Below, one piece after another: positions 21,009 through 30,228 of a stretch of 64,000 bases of DNA (position 1 is the first letter of the stretch; each line of letters begins with the position of its first letter). Position numbers and translations under genes: made by a program. Below the pieces are notes generated by a model, which worked only from the letters and a program-made list of their open reading frames with translations, made no database searches and was not told the DNA's origin. This stretch comes from Gemmatimonadales bacterium (GTDB lineage Bacteria; Gemmatimonadota; Gemmatimonadetes; Gemmatimonadales; GWC2-71-9): contig OZ252244.1 of the NCBI GenBank assembly GCA_965249575.1, positions 3,456,001 through 3,520,000 of the forward strand. Direction: 5' to 3'.

Positions 21009-22019
21009 ATGCGGAGTCGTTTCTCGAGGACTCGAGCGGCCCTCCTCTTCGGAGTGATCGTCCTGGCCGCGGGGACGGCCTGGGCGGCGTATCGGCTCTA
21101 TGGATGGGCCCGCCCCAAGTACCATTCCTTCATAGGTGAGCACTACGTCGCCGCCATGGCCGCATCCAGGGCGAACCTCCTCATGGAGGGATTCCGCGTT
21201 GCGCCGGTCGGGCCCGAAGTACCGGAGACAGGCCTTCTCACGATCCTGTTCGTCGGCCATTCGTACCCCCGCAACGGCTTCAACGGTGGTCGCAAGCCGG
21301 TCTACCCCGACCGAGAACGCCCCATGGAGTTTCTCATTTCCCACGCGGCGCGGACGCGGCCCGTCCGCGTCGTTTTCGGGGGCGACGTCATCTGGTCGCC
21401 GAGCCCGGGCGAGTTGAGCCACGCTCGCCGGATCAAGGACCGCATGCCGGCCGCCAGGTTCGTCATGGGCAACCACGAGTCGTATTGGGACCTGACCGCA
21501 GGCCGCCGGGCGGAGTTGCGAGAGCTGTTCGGCGACCCGTACCGCTTCGAGGACGTCGACGGCGTCCGGTTGATCTATCTGCACACGACGCTCCCGGCGA
21601 ACGTCCTCGGCCGGTGGGGACTCGACGACGAGCAGCGCGCGTTTCTCAAACGCGCGCTCGATCCCTCGCAGTACCGCCATGCGCTCGTCTTCATGCATCA
21701 CGCCTTGTGGGCCGGCGGCACGATCTACGCCAACGGCGTGTACCTCGATGCCGACGGGCTCGCGGCGGATTGGGTCGACAACATCGTGCCCCTGTTGCGG
21801 GAGTCGGCGGTCCGTGGCGTCTTCTCGGGGGATGGCGGGCTATTGGCGCCGGGACGACGGTTCATGATCGGATCGATCCCGCACTTCATGACCGGATGGG
21901 GCGGAAGTCCGGAGCTGTTCCCCCCGGAATGGCTCGCGATCGAGCTGGGGCAGGACTCGGTTCGCGTGTCGTGGAACAAGCTCTTGGGGGGAGAGCGCTA
22001 CCGGAGAGAGGTGGATTAG
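21009..22019 (+). CDS. Membrane-anchored calcineurin-like metallophosphoesterase
   Basis: N-terminal TM; motifs VGHSY, GGDV, MGNHE, FMHH and FSGD. Confidence 0.8.
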   Translation: MRSRFSRTRAALLFGVIVLAAGTAWAAYRLYGWARPKYHSFIGEHYVAAMAASRANLLMEGFRVAPVGPEVPETGLLTILFVGHSYPRNGFNGGRKPVYPDRERPMEFLISHAARTRPVRVVFGGDVIWSPSPGELSHARRIKDRMPAARFVMGNHESYWDLTAGRRAELRELFGDPYRFEDVDGVRLIYLHTTLPANVLGRWGLDDEQRAFLKRALDPSQYRHALVFMHHALWAGGTIYANGVYLDADGLAADWVDNIVPLLRESAVRGVFSGDGGLLAPGRRFMIGSIPHFMTGWGGSPELFPPEWLAIELGQDSVRVSWNKLLGGERYRREVD

Positions 22020-22321
22020 GACTGGACGTCGGTAGGCAGGAGCTGCCTGATTCTCCGTCTTTTCCCGTGAAAAATGCCGAAGCATGGATCCGCGAGGTTT
22101 GCTCCCCTGGCGTGTGAGTCTGTTGCGTGGCAAATTGGCGGCTCGCCGGAAGAGCCGGCCTGCGCATCATTCGAGCGCGCCGTGCGCATACCCTGACGTG
22201 TAGATCTCCGATTACTGGCGGGCTCCGTGCCCAGACTCGTCCTGTCCGTGACGTGGACTAGGCCCGTTCGCCCACCCGGCCGCACATCAGGCGATCGGCT
22301 GCGCCCGAATGTTAAGGTCAG

Positions 22322-22903
22322 TTACCACTCCTCCAACCGCTCCAGTACCGCCCGCCCCCTCGGCGAAAGCTCGTATCCCGGGTGGTGACTGACCGTCAAC
22401 CCGAGAGTCTTCAACTTTCGGACGTTGCTCTTCAACCAGTCCTTGTCGACTTCCAACCTTCCGGCCAGCTCGGCCGCTCGGCGTCGCGGATGCCGCTGAA
22501 TCGACTGCAGCACCCTGAGCGTCCACGCCCCAACGCGTGATGCCGAATCCAACCGACGCAGCCGCGCACGCAGCGCTTCAAAATCGACATCGGTGAAATC
22601 GTCTTTCTCGCGAAGCCCGATGCGTGGATCTGCCCCGGCGTAGTGAAGCTCGATCCTGTAGATCGAACTGTCTCGAGTATCCAACGCCCCGAGCAGGGAC
22701 GCCTGGGAGTCATAGCCGGCACGCCTGGCGTCTGCCTGCGAGACGTTCGACCGATCTATTTTCGTGACTCGGTCGATGGCGATGACGCCGATCGAGGTAT
22801 GCAACGCTCCGCCGGTCTTGACGGTTGGCCGTCGCCAGCGACGAAACACGAGGCCAACGTCTCCCGCCTTGATCGCCGCGAGGTCTGCTACCTTGAGGAG
22901 CAT
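22322..22903 (-). CDS. Conserved protein with ASCH-like N-terminus and winged-helix C-terminus
   Basis: FRRWRRPTVKTG, DARRAGY and KSNVRKLKTLGLTVS..GYELSPRG; GGAG RBS before ATG 22903. Confidence 0.7.
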   Translation of the reverse strand: MLLKVADLAAIKAGDVGLVFRRWRRPTVKTGGALHTSIGVIAIDRVTKIDRSNVSQADARRAGYDSQASLLGALDTRDSSIYRIELHYAGADPRIGLREKDDFTDVDFEALRARLRRLDSASRVGAWTLRVLQSIQRHPRRRAAELAGRLEVDKDWLKSNVRKLKTLGLTVSHHPGYELSPRGRAVLERLEEW

Positions 22904-23240
22904 CGTCTCCGTAATCCAGGAATGAAACGTGTTTGAGCGCACGAAGCCGGCTAGTGCGTGACCGGTGAGCTATCTAACGCTATGGGGGATTCCCCCACAA
23001 CCCTCTAGGAACCCTCCCGATTGCGGGCATGTCCTCACGCCTGCCTGTTCCGTGATTGTTCGTAACACAGGATGCCGGGGGCCAGGAGCATAGTCTCACG
23101 GCTCGCGGAACAGACGTTCTGGTCAAGGACGGGGGTAGGTGGCTTTTCATCGCTAGTCACTTCGAGCCCGTGCAATAACACGAGGGATGTAATACCCGGT
23201 TCCTACGGCGCGACCCGGAGCCCGCCTTACTGTCTGCCGA

Positions 23241-23765
23241 CTACCCCACCCGTTCGTATCTGAGCGGTCCCCGCCGCGGCTGCACGGTCTCGAGTGTGAG
23301 CCACTGCCCATCGAGTGTGCCGCGGATGAACCGGTCCGGGCATGCTTCGCTCGGGACGCAAGTCGGTGGGAACGAGACCAGCGCGCCGTCCTGGACATAA
23401 CGAAAGATGGAAACCTCGGTCGCGGTGCGACCGTCTGGCTCGCGGTCGACCGAGCGGGCCAAGGAAAGAGGTCCGGGCACCCTTGCCGCGTACGCGATGT
23501 CGAATCTCAGCGTGTCACCCAGGTAGCTACGTTCGTCGTCCCCGTGGAACGCCCGCACGGGCAAGGGCTGGCCGGCCGCCCTGCGAAGCGCGTATACCGT
23601 GTTGGATAGATCGGCGGGCTCGTCGATCGGTGGGTACGAGAACACCCCAGCAGGAGAATCGCCATCCACACCGTTCGCGAGCCTGGTGGGTGCGCCTGCC
23701 TGGCCGCAGGCGACGACACCGAAGAGCACATGGACTGCAGTCCCAAGCAACGCATGGGCACACAT
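23241..23765 (-). CDS. Hypothetical lipoprotein
   Basis: Lipobox-like GVVAC and a lipocalin-like beta-rich body ending LRYERVG; start uncertain. Confidence 0.5.
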   Translation of the reverse strand: MCAHALLGTAVHVLFGVVACGQAGAPTRLANGVDGDSPAGVFSYPPIDEPADLSNTVYALRRAAGQPLPVRAFHGDDERSYLGDTLRFDIAYAARVPGPLSLARSVDREPDGRTATEVSIFRYVQDGALVSFPPTCVPSEACPDRFIRGTLDGQWLTLETVQPRRGPLRYERVG

Positions 23766-24008
23766 CCTCCCTGAATGACGTGCCGGTGGTGGCAAGCGGG
23801 TCTGAGAGGTCCCGGCCGCGCAGTGGCCTGACACCCTACCTCTGTTTACGCCTGCGAATACCCCGGCTGACACGTGCAGGTCACCGCCTGTGTACGTCGG
23901 ACGAGGCCTCGACACGGTTGGGTTCGACAATTCTCGTTCGATGCTCGACATTCCGGACCGATATCCTCGACGAGGTAGGGCAACCCCAACCCGGATCCGG
24001 ATTCCCCC

Positions 24009-25169
24009 ATGCCTCCTACGCCAGACGAAGCGCGCGCGCTACACGGCGAAGCCACCGTAATCGATATGCACGCCCACCCATCGATGAAGACCTACTTCGG
24101 GTGTGCGAAGCTCGAGCGCCGTCAGGTAGCGACGAAGGGATTCAACCTCACACGCCTCCGCACGAGTCATCCCTCGCTCGTCGACGGCGGCGTGGACGTC
24201 CTATGCTCTAGCATCGTGGTGCCGGAGCGCGAGCTCAAGCGGGATTGTTGGGTAATCGGGGCAGGGAGCTTCGCGATCACTAAGCTCAGGAAGGCGTGGT
24301 CGGAAGGGCCGTTTGTTACCACCGAGAAGATGCTGCGGCACGTCGACGACGACGTAAGGAACGTGAACACCGGCACGCCGTCACGGCCGATGGAGATCGT
24401 GCGATCGAACACCGAGCTGGAGCGAGCGGTCCAAGCGAGCAAGATCGCGGTGGTCCACACCATCGAGGGCGGGCATGCCCTGGATGGGAACCCGGGCAAC
24501 GTGGTCAAGCTCGCGGACCTGGGTGTCGCGATGATCACGATCGCGCACTTCTACTCGAACGGTGTGGCGGCTCCGGTGGACGCGATCCCTCCGGACTTCG
24601 CGCTCAAGAAACTGGGATGCTTCCGGGAGCCGAAAGATCTGACGAAAGGACTACTCGCCCTTGGGCCGGACGTCGTACAGGAGATGTTCGAGCGGGGCGT
24701 CGTCGTTGATCTCACCCATTGTACGCCTGCGGCGCGCAATGACGTCTATGCGCTCGCCAATCCGAAGCGGCGCCCCCTGGTGTTCAGCCACGTTGGCGCC
24801 GGGGGGGTTCGCGAGAGTCCGATGAACCCGACCGATGAGGAGATCAGAGCGATCGCCGCGACGGGCGGCGTGATCGGCGTGATCTTCTACAACCACTGGC
24901 TTACCACCGAGAACGTCAAGAAGGACGGTGCGGACACGCTCGCGTCTGTGATCCAAAACATTCGACACATTTATCGGGTCGGCGGCGAGGACTGCGTGGC
25001 GCTTGGGTCGGACTTCGATGGCATGACCGATCCGCCGGACGACCTCAAAGAGCCCGGCGATCTACCGAACCTGACGGCGGCGCTGATGGTCGACGGCTAT
25101 ACCCCGGAGCAGATCAAGAAATTCCTGGGTGGCAACGTCCAGCGGGTGTTGCAAGAAGGATGGAGCTAG
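24009..25169 (+). CDS. Membrane dipeptidase (peptidase M19, amidohydrolase fold)
   Basis: IDMHAH, IEGGH, DLTH, FSH, N.TDEEI and LGSDFDG. Confidence 0.88.
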   Translation: MPPTPDEARALHGEATVIDMHAHPSMKTYFGCAKLERRQVATKGFNLTRLRTSHPSLVDGGVDVLCSSIVVPERELKRDCWVIGAGSFAITKLRKAWSEGPFVTTEKMLRHVDDDVRNVNTGTPSRPMEIVRSNTELERAVQASKIAVVHTIEGGHALDGNPGNVVKLADLGVAMITIAHFYSNGVAAPVDAIPPDFALKKLGCFREPKDLTKGLLALGPDVVQEMFERGVVVDLTHCTPAARNDVYALANPKRRPLVFSHVGAGGVRESPMNPTDEEIRAIAATGGVIGVIFYNHWLTTENVKKDGADTLASVIQNIRHIYRVGGEDCVALGSDFDGMTDPPDDLKEPGDLPNLTAALMVDGYTPEQIKKFLGGNVQRVLQEGWS

Positions 25170-25265
25170 GGTGGCGATTGGCGGGGCGGGGAAGGCTGCT
25201 CGGCCGCGTCCAGTACTCCCGAAGTCTCGAGCAATCGCCATTCGCCAGTCGCTACTCGCCTTTCG

Positions 25266-26423
25266 TCATTTCACCGGCTCCATGCGCACGACGGGCGTCA
25301 ACTCTCCTTGGCGGTGGTCGATAGCGAGATAGATGTAACCGTCCGGTCCCTGGCGGACGTCCCGGATGCGGCCGACTCCCTGAACGAGAGTCTCCTCGCT
25401 CGTGACCCGCTGGCCATCCATCGTGAGGCGCGCGAGCTGCTGGCCGTTCAGACCGCCGACGAACGCGTTGCCGCGCCACTCTGGGAATTGGTCACCCGTG
25501 TAGATCAGCAGTCCCGAGGTCGCGATCGAAGGGACCCAGAAGTGAACGGGCTGCTCCATTCCCTCGCGCTGCGTTCCCTCGTGGATCGCGGTGCCACTCC
25601 GGTAGTTCACCCCGTAGCCGATCACGGGCCAGCCGTAGTTGCGTCCCGGGAGATCGAGGTTCAGCTCGTCGCCTCCCTGGGGACCGTGCTCGTTGACCCA
25701 GACGTCTCCGGTCTCCGGATGGATCGCGAGGCCCTGCGCGTTCCGGTGTCCGTAACTCCAGATCTCCGGCCGAGCTCCGGCCTGATCGACGAACGGGTTG
25801 TCCGCGGGCACTCGGCCGTCGTCATGTAATCGGATAGTGGAGCCGTGGTGGTTCGAGAGATCCTGGGCCGGATGCGCCTCCAGGTTTCCTCGAGCCGGAG
25901 CCTGGCGATCACCGACCGTGAGGAACATGAATCCGTTTCCGTCGAAAGCGATTCGGCAGCCGTAGTGTCCACGCCCGCGCGACACCGCCTGGAAAAGCTC
26001 TTCCACGCCGGTGAGCCGGTCGTCCTCGAACCGGCCACGGACCACGGCGGTGGTCGCCTCCGAGCCGTCGCCGATCGGCTTCGAGAAGCTTAGGTAGAGC
26101 AGTCGGTTCGAGGCGAAATCCGGGTGCGGGACGACGTCCAGCAATCCCCCCTGGCCCTGGGCGAGGACCTGGGGGACGCCGCGTACCGGGTGACCGAGCA
26201 GCTTCCCGTGCCGAACGATCCGCAGTCTTCCGGGCCGTTCGGTGACCAGCATGTCGCCCCCGGGGAGAAACGCGATGGACCAGGGGTGCTCGAGTCCCTC
26301 CGCGACGGTGACCAGGCGGTAGTCGTGATAGGCCGATCGAAAGACCGGCGATTGGCCCTTTAGGGGGGTGGAAACGGTCAGGATCAACCCTGCCGTGGCG
26401 AGCACGAACGGAACTCGGGTCAT
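25266..26423 (-). CDS. PQQ-dependent sugar dehydrogenase (glucose/sorbosone, YliI-like)
   Basis: GLEHPWSIAFLP, GQGGLLDV, SYGHRNAQG, EHGPQGGDELN and NYGWP. Confidence 0.92.
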   Translation of the reverse strand: MTRVPFVLATAGLILTVSTPLKGQSPVFRSAYHDYRLVTVAEGLEHPWSIAFLPGGDMLVTERPGRLRIVRHGKLLGHPVRGVPQVLAQGQGGLLDVVPHPDFASNRLLYLSFSKPIGDGSEATTAVVRGRFEDDRLTGVEELFQAVSRGRGHYGCRIAFDGNGFMFLTVGDRQAPARGNLEAHPAQDLSNHHGSTIRLHDDGRVPADNPFVDQAGARPEIWSYGHRNAQGLAIHPETGDVWVNEHGPQGGDELNLDLPGRNYGWPVIGYGVNYRSGTAIHEGTQREGMEQPVHFWVPSIATSGLLIYTGDQFPEWRGNAFVGGLNGQQLARLTMDGQRVTSEETLVQGVGRIRDVRQGPDGYIYLAIDHRQGELTPVVRMEPVK

Positions 26424-26567
26424 CTCGATCTCCTGGGGCACGGTCCCGTGAAAAACACCCGCCGGTGAAGTGTCCTTCGGTGCATCAAGTTGATTTGGGT
26501 GCGCACCGAGCGCAACACGACTCTTCCGGGCTCGTCAGCGGCGCTCGGCTCTTGTGTCCTCGCCGGG

Positions 26568-28157
26568 TTACGGATTCGCGGCCGCAAGCGGCGGGTATTG
26601 TGCGGGAGGTCGCCGGTGACGCGTACCCTGCTCGTATGCGTAGGCCAACTTGAAGATCACGCCCTCGTCGTAGGGGCGAGCCAGTATCTGAAGCCCGGCA
26701 GGCAAGTCGTCATACGAGAATCCCATGGGTACGGTCGCGGCGGGCAGGCCAGTTGCCGGCGCGACGATCTGGCTATTGTCACCCTTGTACTCTTCGATCG
26801 CGTTGTCGAGATGCGCTGGCGGGTTCGTCCACGTCGGATACACGATGGCCTCAACGCCCGCCGCGTTCATCGCGGCAACCACGTCCGTCAGGAACGCCTG
26901 GCGGCCGGGGTGGTCGACGAACGGTGGGCACGGTGGATCCCAAAGCTCCGGCGCCACGTCGACCGGACCCTGTCCGTATCGCTGGAGACGTTCCTCGATG
27001 TATGAGGAGTATCCGCCGGTTTCGAGAACTTCCAGGACGTCCGTAACCGCGGAGGTGGGCCGAGTGGCCAGGTACTGGTGCATGTCGTACCGGAACCGTC
27101 TGCATCCGGTCCGTGCGTCCCGGTGCCGTTGGAACGCCGGTATCTCCAATGGGTCCACGATGCTGGCGCCGAGTCGCCGGAGGTCCCGAAGTGCCTGTTC
27201 GAACAGCGCGATGACTGCCGTATCGGCGTCTTCGGTGTCGACGAGCACACGAAGCACCCCGATGCGTGCACCTTGGAGCCCGGCGGAATCGAGAAAGAGG
27301 GTGTAGTCGGACGCGTTCTTTCCCCGGCCGGCCTCTGTGTACGGATCTGCGGGATCGTACCCTGCCACCACGGTGAAGATGCGAGCCGCGTCCTCGACGG
27401 TGCGCGTCATCGGCCCCGCGATGTCGCGATCGAAGGCAAGTGGGATGACGCCGTCCCGGCTCGTCAGCCCGATCGTGGACCGGATGCCGAAGAGTGCCAG
27501 ATGGGAAGACGGTCCCCGAATTGAGTTGCCCGTGTCGGTCCCCATGCCCGCCACGCCGAAGCTGGCGGCTACGCCCGATGCAGTTCCTCCGCTCGATCCC
27601 GCCGGTACCCGATCCAAGGCGTATGCGTTCGCGGTGGTACCATACGACGAGCTGACGGTCTGGCGGGCGCTGAACGCCCATTCCGCCATGTTCGTCTTTG
27701 CCAGAACGATCCCGTCCGCCTCCCGAAGTTTGCGGACCATGAACGCGTCATCCGGTGGGAGATCGTCCCGCAGCGCGATGGAGCCGCCGGTAGTCGGGAG
27801 GTCTTGGGTGTCGAAGTTGTCTTTAATGAGTAATGGCGCGCAGAAGAGGGGTCCCAGCTCGTCCCCATTGCTCACCGCGGCGTCGATCTCGCCGGCTCGG
27901 CTCAGCGCATTGGGGTTCACCACCGTGATGGCATCCAGGCCGGTCGAGCTATCGTAGGCCTCGATCCTATCGAGGTACGCTTGGACCACCATGCGACACG
28001 TCGTCCGGCCGGCAATGATGGCATCCTGCACATCGGCAATGGTCGCCTCCACCACGTCGATCGGTCCGGGCCGGGATCCGCACGCAACGAGAAGGGTGAG
28101 TGGCACGAACGCGGAGCGGTCCATAAGGTCTCGCAGCGCCGCCACTATCGTATGCAT
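26568..28157 (-). CDS. Amidase signature family protein
   Basis: IKDN, AGSSGG and GTDTGNSIRGPS (Lys-Ser-Ser triad). Confidence 0.93.
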   Translation of the reverse strand: MHTIVAALRDLMDRSAFVPLTLLVACGSRPGPIDVVEATIADVQDAIIAGRTTCRMVVQAYLDRIEAYDSSTGLDAITVVNPNALSRAGEIDAAVSNGDELGPLFCAPLLIKDNFDTQDLPTTGGSIALRDDLPPDDAFMVRKLREADGIVLAKTNMAEWAFSARQTVSSSYGTTANAYALDRVPAGSSGGTASGVAASFGVAGMGTDTGNSIRGPSSHLALFGIRSTIGLTSRDGVIPLAFDRDIAGPMTRTVEDAARIFTVVAGYDPADPYTEAGRGKNASDYTLFLDSAGLQGARIGVLRVLVDTEDADTAVIALFEQALRDLRRLGASIVDPLEIPAFQRHRDARTGCRRFRYDMHQYLATRPTSAVTDVLEVLETGGYSSYIEERLQRYGQGPVDVAPELWDPPCPPFVDHPGRQAFLTDVVAAMNAAGVEAIVYPTWTNPPAHLDNAIEEYKGDNSQIVAPATGLPAATVPMGFSYDDLPAGLQILARPYDEGVIFKLAYAYEQGTRHRRPPAQYPPLAAANP

Positions 28158-28158
28158 T

Positions 28159-28193
28159 CGCCACTCGCCACTCGTTATTCGCTGCTCGATTGT
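28159..28193. repeat. Degenerate 7-bp tandem repeat
   Basis: CGCCACT CGCCACT CGTTATT CGCTGCT CGATTGT. Confidence 0.6.
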
Positions 28194-28196
28194 TCG

Positions 28197-28469
28197 CTAC
28201 TTCGCACACCGCACCTCCACCGGTCGCGTCCGCCCACAGGCAATCGATTCGTTCATCCCACTACTCATGACGGCACACGCAGCAAGAACGGCCGCCTGCT
28301 GCGCGGCCGCTTCGTCTGCCCCAGCTCCCCGCCGGCACTCGCGCTGTCCCCGGAACTCCACACACAGCTCGCACTGTACCTGCACCGAAGACATCGAACC
28401 GTAGATCAACATTCCGAGGAACGCAGCGACGATCACCGCGCCCACGAGCGTCACGAGTCTCCTGTTCAT
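28197..28469 (-). CDS. Small membrane-anchored six-cysteine protein
   Basis: 90 aa; N-terminal TM, then CELC..C..C..C..C; same strand as its neighbours. Confidence 0.75.
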   Translation of the reverse strand: MNRRLVTLVGAVIVAAFLGMLIYGSMSSVQVQCELCVEFRGQRECRRGAGADEAAAQQAAVLAACAVMSSGMNESIACGRTRPVEVRCAK

Positions 28470-28473
28470 CGCT

Positions 28474-28593
28474 CACTAGTCACTGAGCATTAGGCACTAT
28501 TCCTTGATCACTACTCCGTACCGGCTTTTCACCTCTCCCTAGTTCACACGCTCACCACTCACCATTCACCATTCACCATTCACCGTCCCCACC
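28474..28593. repeat. Two blocks of 7-bp tandem repeats
   Basis: CACTAGT CACTGAG CATTAGG CACTATT CCTTGAT CACTACT (28474-28515) and TCACCAC (TCACCAT)x3 TCACCGT (28552-28586). Confidence 0.8.
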
Positions 28594-29997
28594 TCACATC
28601 ACTTCTCCGCTCGAAAGGGATTTGACCAGCCTGTAAAGGAATTCCAACCCCTCATAAAACGATCGCGCCATGATCCGCTCGTCGCGTCCATGCGCGCGAT
28701 TGTCGTCCACATCTCGGAAGATCCCCGAGACGCCGTAGACGGGAATGCCGGCTCGGCGGAGGTGGGCGCCGTCCGTGGCGCCGGTGCTCATCGTCGGGAC
28801 GACTGGCACGCCGGGCCACATCGCCTCGGTGGTCCGCTCGATGGCTTGCATGACCGCGGGCGTGAGCGGGGAAGGGGGACTCGGGCGGCCGGCCCCCAAC
28901 GGCGTGATCGAGACCTCCGAGTTGCCGACGACGCGTATCAGCGCTTGGTGAACGGTCTCGGGCCGTTGGTCCGGGAGGATACGGCAGTTGACGGTGGCGC
29001 GCGCGCGTTGAGGCAGCGCGTTCTCCGCGTGCCCGGCCTCGAGCATGGTGGCGACACAGGTGGTCCGCATTCGTGAGTTGAACGCGGGGAGCGGGGCCAG
29101 AGTGGCTATTGCCGCGGGGTCCGGAGGTGTTTCGAGGAGCCCATGCATGGCGGTCGCGATGTCCGGGGCGACGAGCTTCGCAGACCCAGAGAAATAGGCG
29201 CGCGTCACCTCGTTCAGGTTGACGGGGAAGTCGTGCTTCCGAATCTCGAGCAACGCGGAAGCCAGGTGGTAGATCGCGTTGTCCTTGACCGGAAGGGAGC
29301 TGTGTCCTCCCGGATTGGTCACTTCGAGGCTGAAGCTCTGGTAGATCTTCTCGCTCGCTTGCACGTTGTTGGCTATTCGCTTCCCGTCCTTGATCGAGCC
29401 GCCGCCGCCCTCGTTCAAGGCGAACACGGCGTCAATCAGGTCGCGGCGGTTTTCGAGCAGCCACGCGACGCCGTTGTTGGGACCACCCTCTTCGTCCGCC
29501 GTGAGGGCTACGATGATGTCGCGATCGGGGACGAAGCCCTCGGCCTTCATTCGGATCAGGTTCGTTACGTAGATCGCCGCCTCGTCCTTATCGTCGAGCG
29601 TGCCCCGGCCATAGAAATAGCCGTCCCGCTCCAGGAAGGTGAACGGGTCGACGCTCCAGTCGGAGGGGTCAGCTTCAACGACGTCGATGTGCGCCATGGC
29701 CAGAATGGGCGGGCGTCCGGTATCCCTCCCTCGGAGCCGCACGACCAGATTCCCGCGCGTGGCTGTCGGGCCGACGACGTGAACGTCTGGCTCGGGGATT
29801 CCGGCCGCGATGAGCCGCGCTGCCATGGCGTCAGCGGCTTCGGTGGTGTTGCCAGTGCTGTGAGTCGTGTTGGTCTCGATCAACTCGCGCAAGATCTCAC
29901 GGGCGAGTGAATCGTACCTGGCTGACTCCTGAGCGAAGGCGGTCCCAGCGATCGCGGCGGCAAACAGCCCGGCGAATACCGACAATCGTTGGTGCAT
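28594..29997 (-). CDS. M20/M25/M40 family metallo-hydrolase, secreted
   Basis: Signal peptide; AHIDVV, GRGTLDDK, ADEE, NEGG, GGHSS, GATDG and HGRDE. Confidence 0.92.
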   Translation of the reverse strand: MHQRLSVFAGLFAAAIAGTAFAQESARYDSLAREILRELIETNTTHSTGNTTEAADAMAARLIAAGIPEPDVHVVGPTATRGNLVVRLRGRDTGRPPILAMAHIDVVEADPSDWSVDPFTFLERDGYFYGRGTLDDKDEAAIYVTNLIRMKAEGFVPDRDIIVALTADEEGGPNNGVAWLLENRRDLIDAVFALNEGGGGSIKDGKRIANNVQASEKIYQSFSLEVTNPGGHSSLPVKDNAIYHLASALLEIRKHDFPVNLNEVTRAYFSGSAKLVAPDIATAMHGLLETPPDPAAIATLAPLPAFNSRMRTTCVATMLEAGHAENALPQRARATVNCRILPDQRPETVHQALIRVVGNSEVSITPLGAGRPSPPSPLTPAVMQAIERTTEAMWPGVPVVPTMSTGATDGAHLRRAGIPVYGVSGIFRDVDDNRAHGRDERIMARSFYEGLEFLYRLVKSLSSGEVM

Positions 29998-30228
29998 CGC
30001 GTGAACCTCGATCTAAGCTGAATAATGGGCTTGTCGAGAAAGCTGCCGTGCCTGACGGGTTGACGCCAGGCGCGGGGTGCCGGCGGACTCAAGGATTGCC
30101 GCCATCAGCCGTATCTCGCGGCTCACGGGAACTTCAAGGGCCATCTCAAGACCCCACTTCACCACGTCCAGACTCCAGCATTTGCAGGGAAGGGCGGAAG
30201 GGTGCCGCGCCCCACAGCGATACGGCGG

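Noticed and set aside
16656..24000. Integrative island at tRNA-Leu
   Set aside because: No integrase, and I found no duplicated tRNA 3' end (att site) by eye.
28552..28586. CRISPR array
   Set aside because: Units are 7 bp with no spacers, and there are no cas genes.
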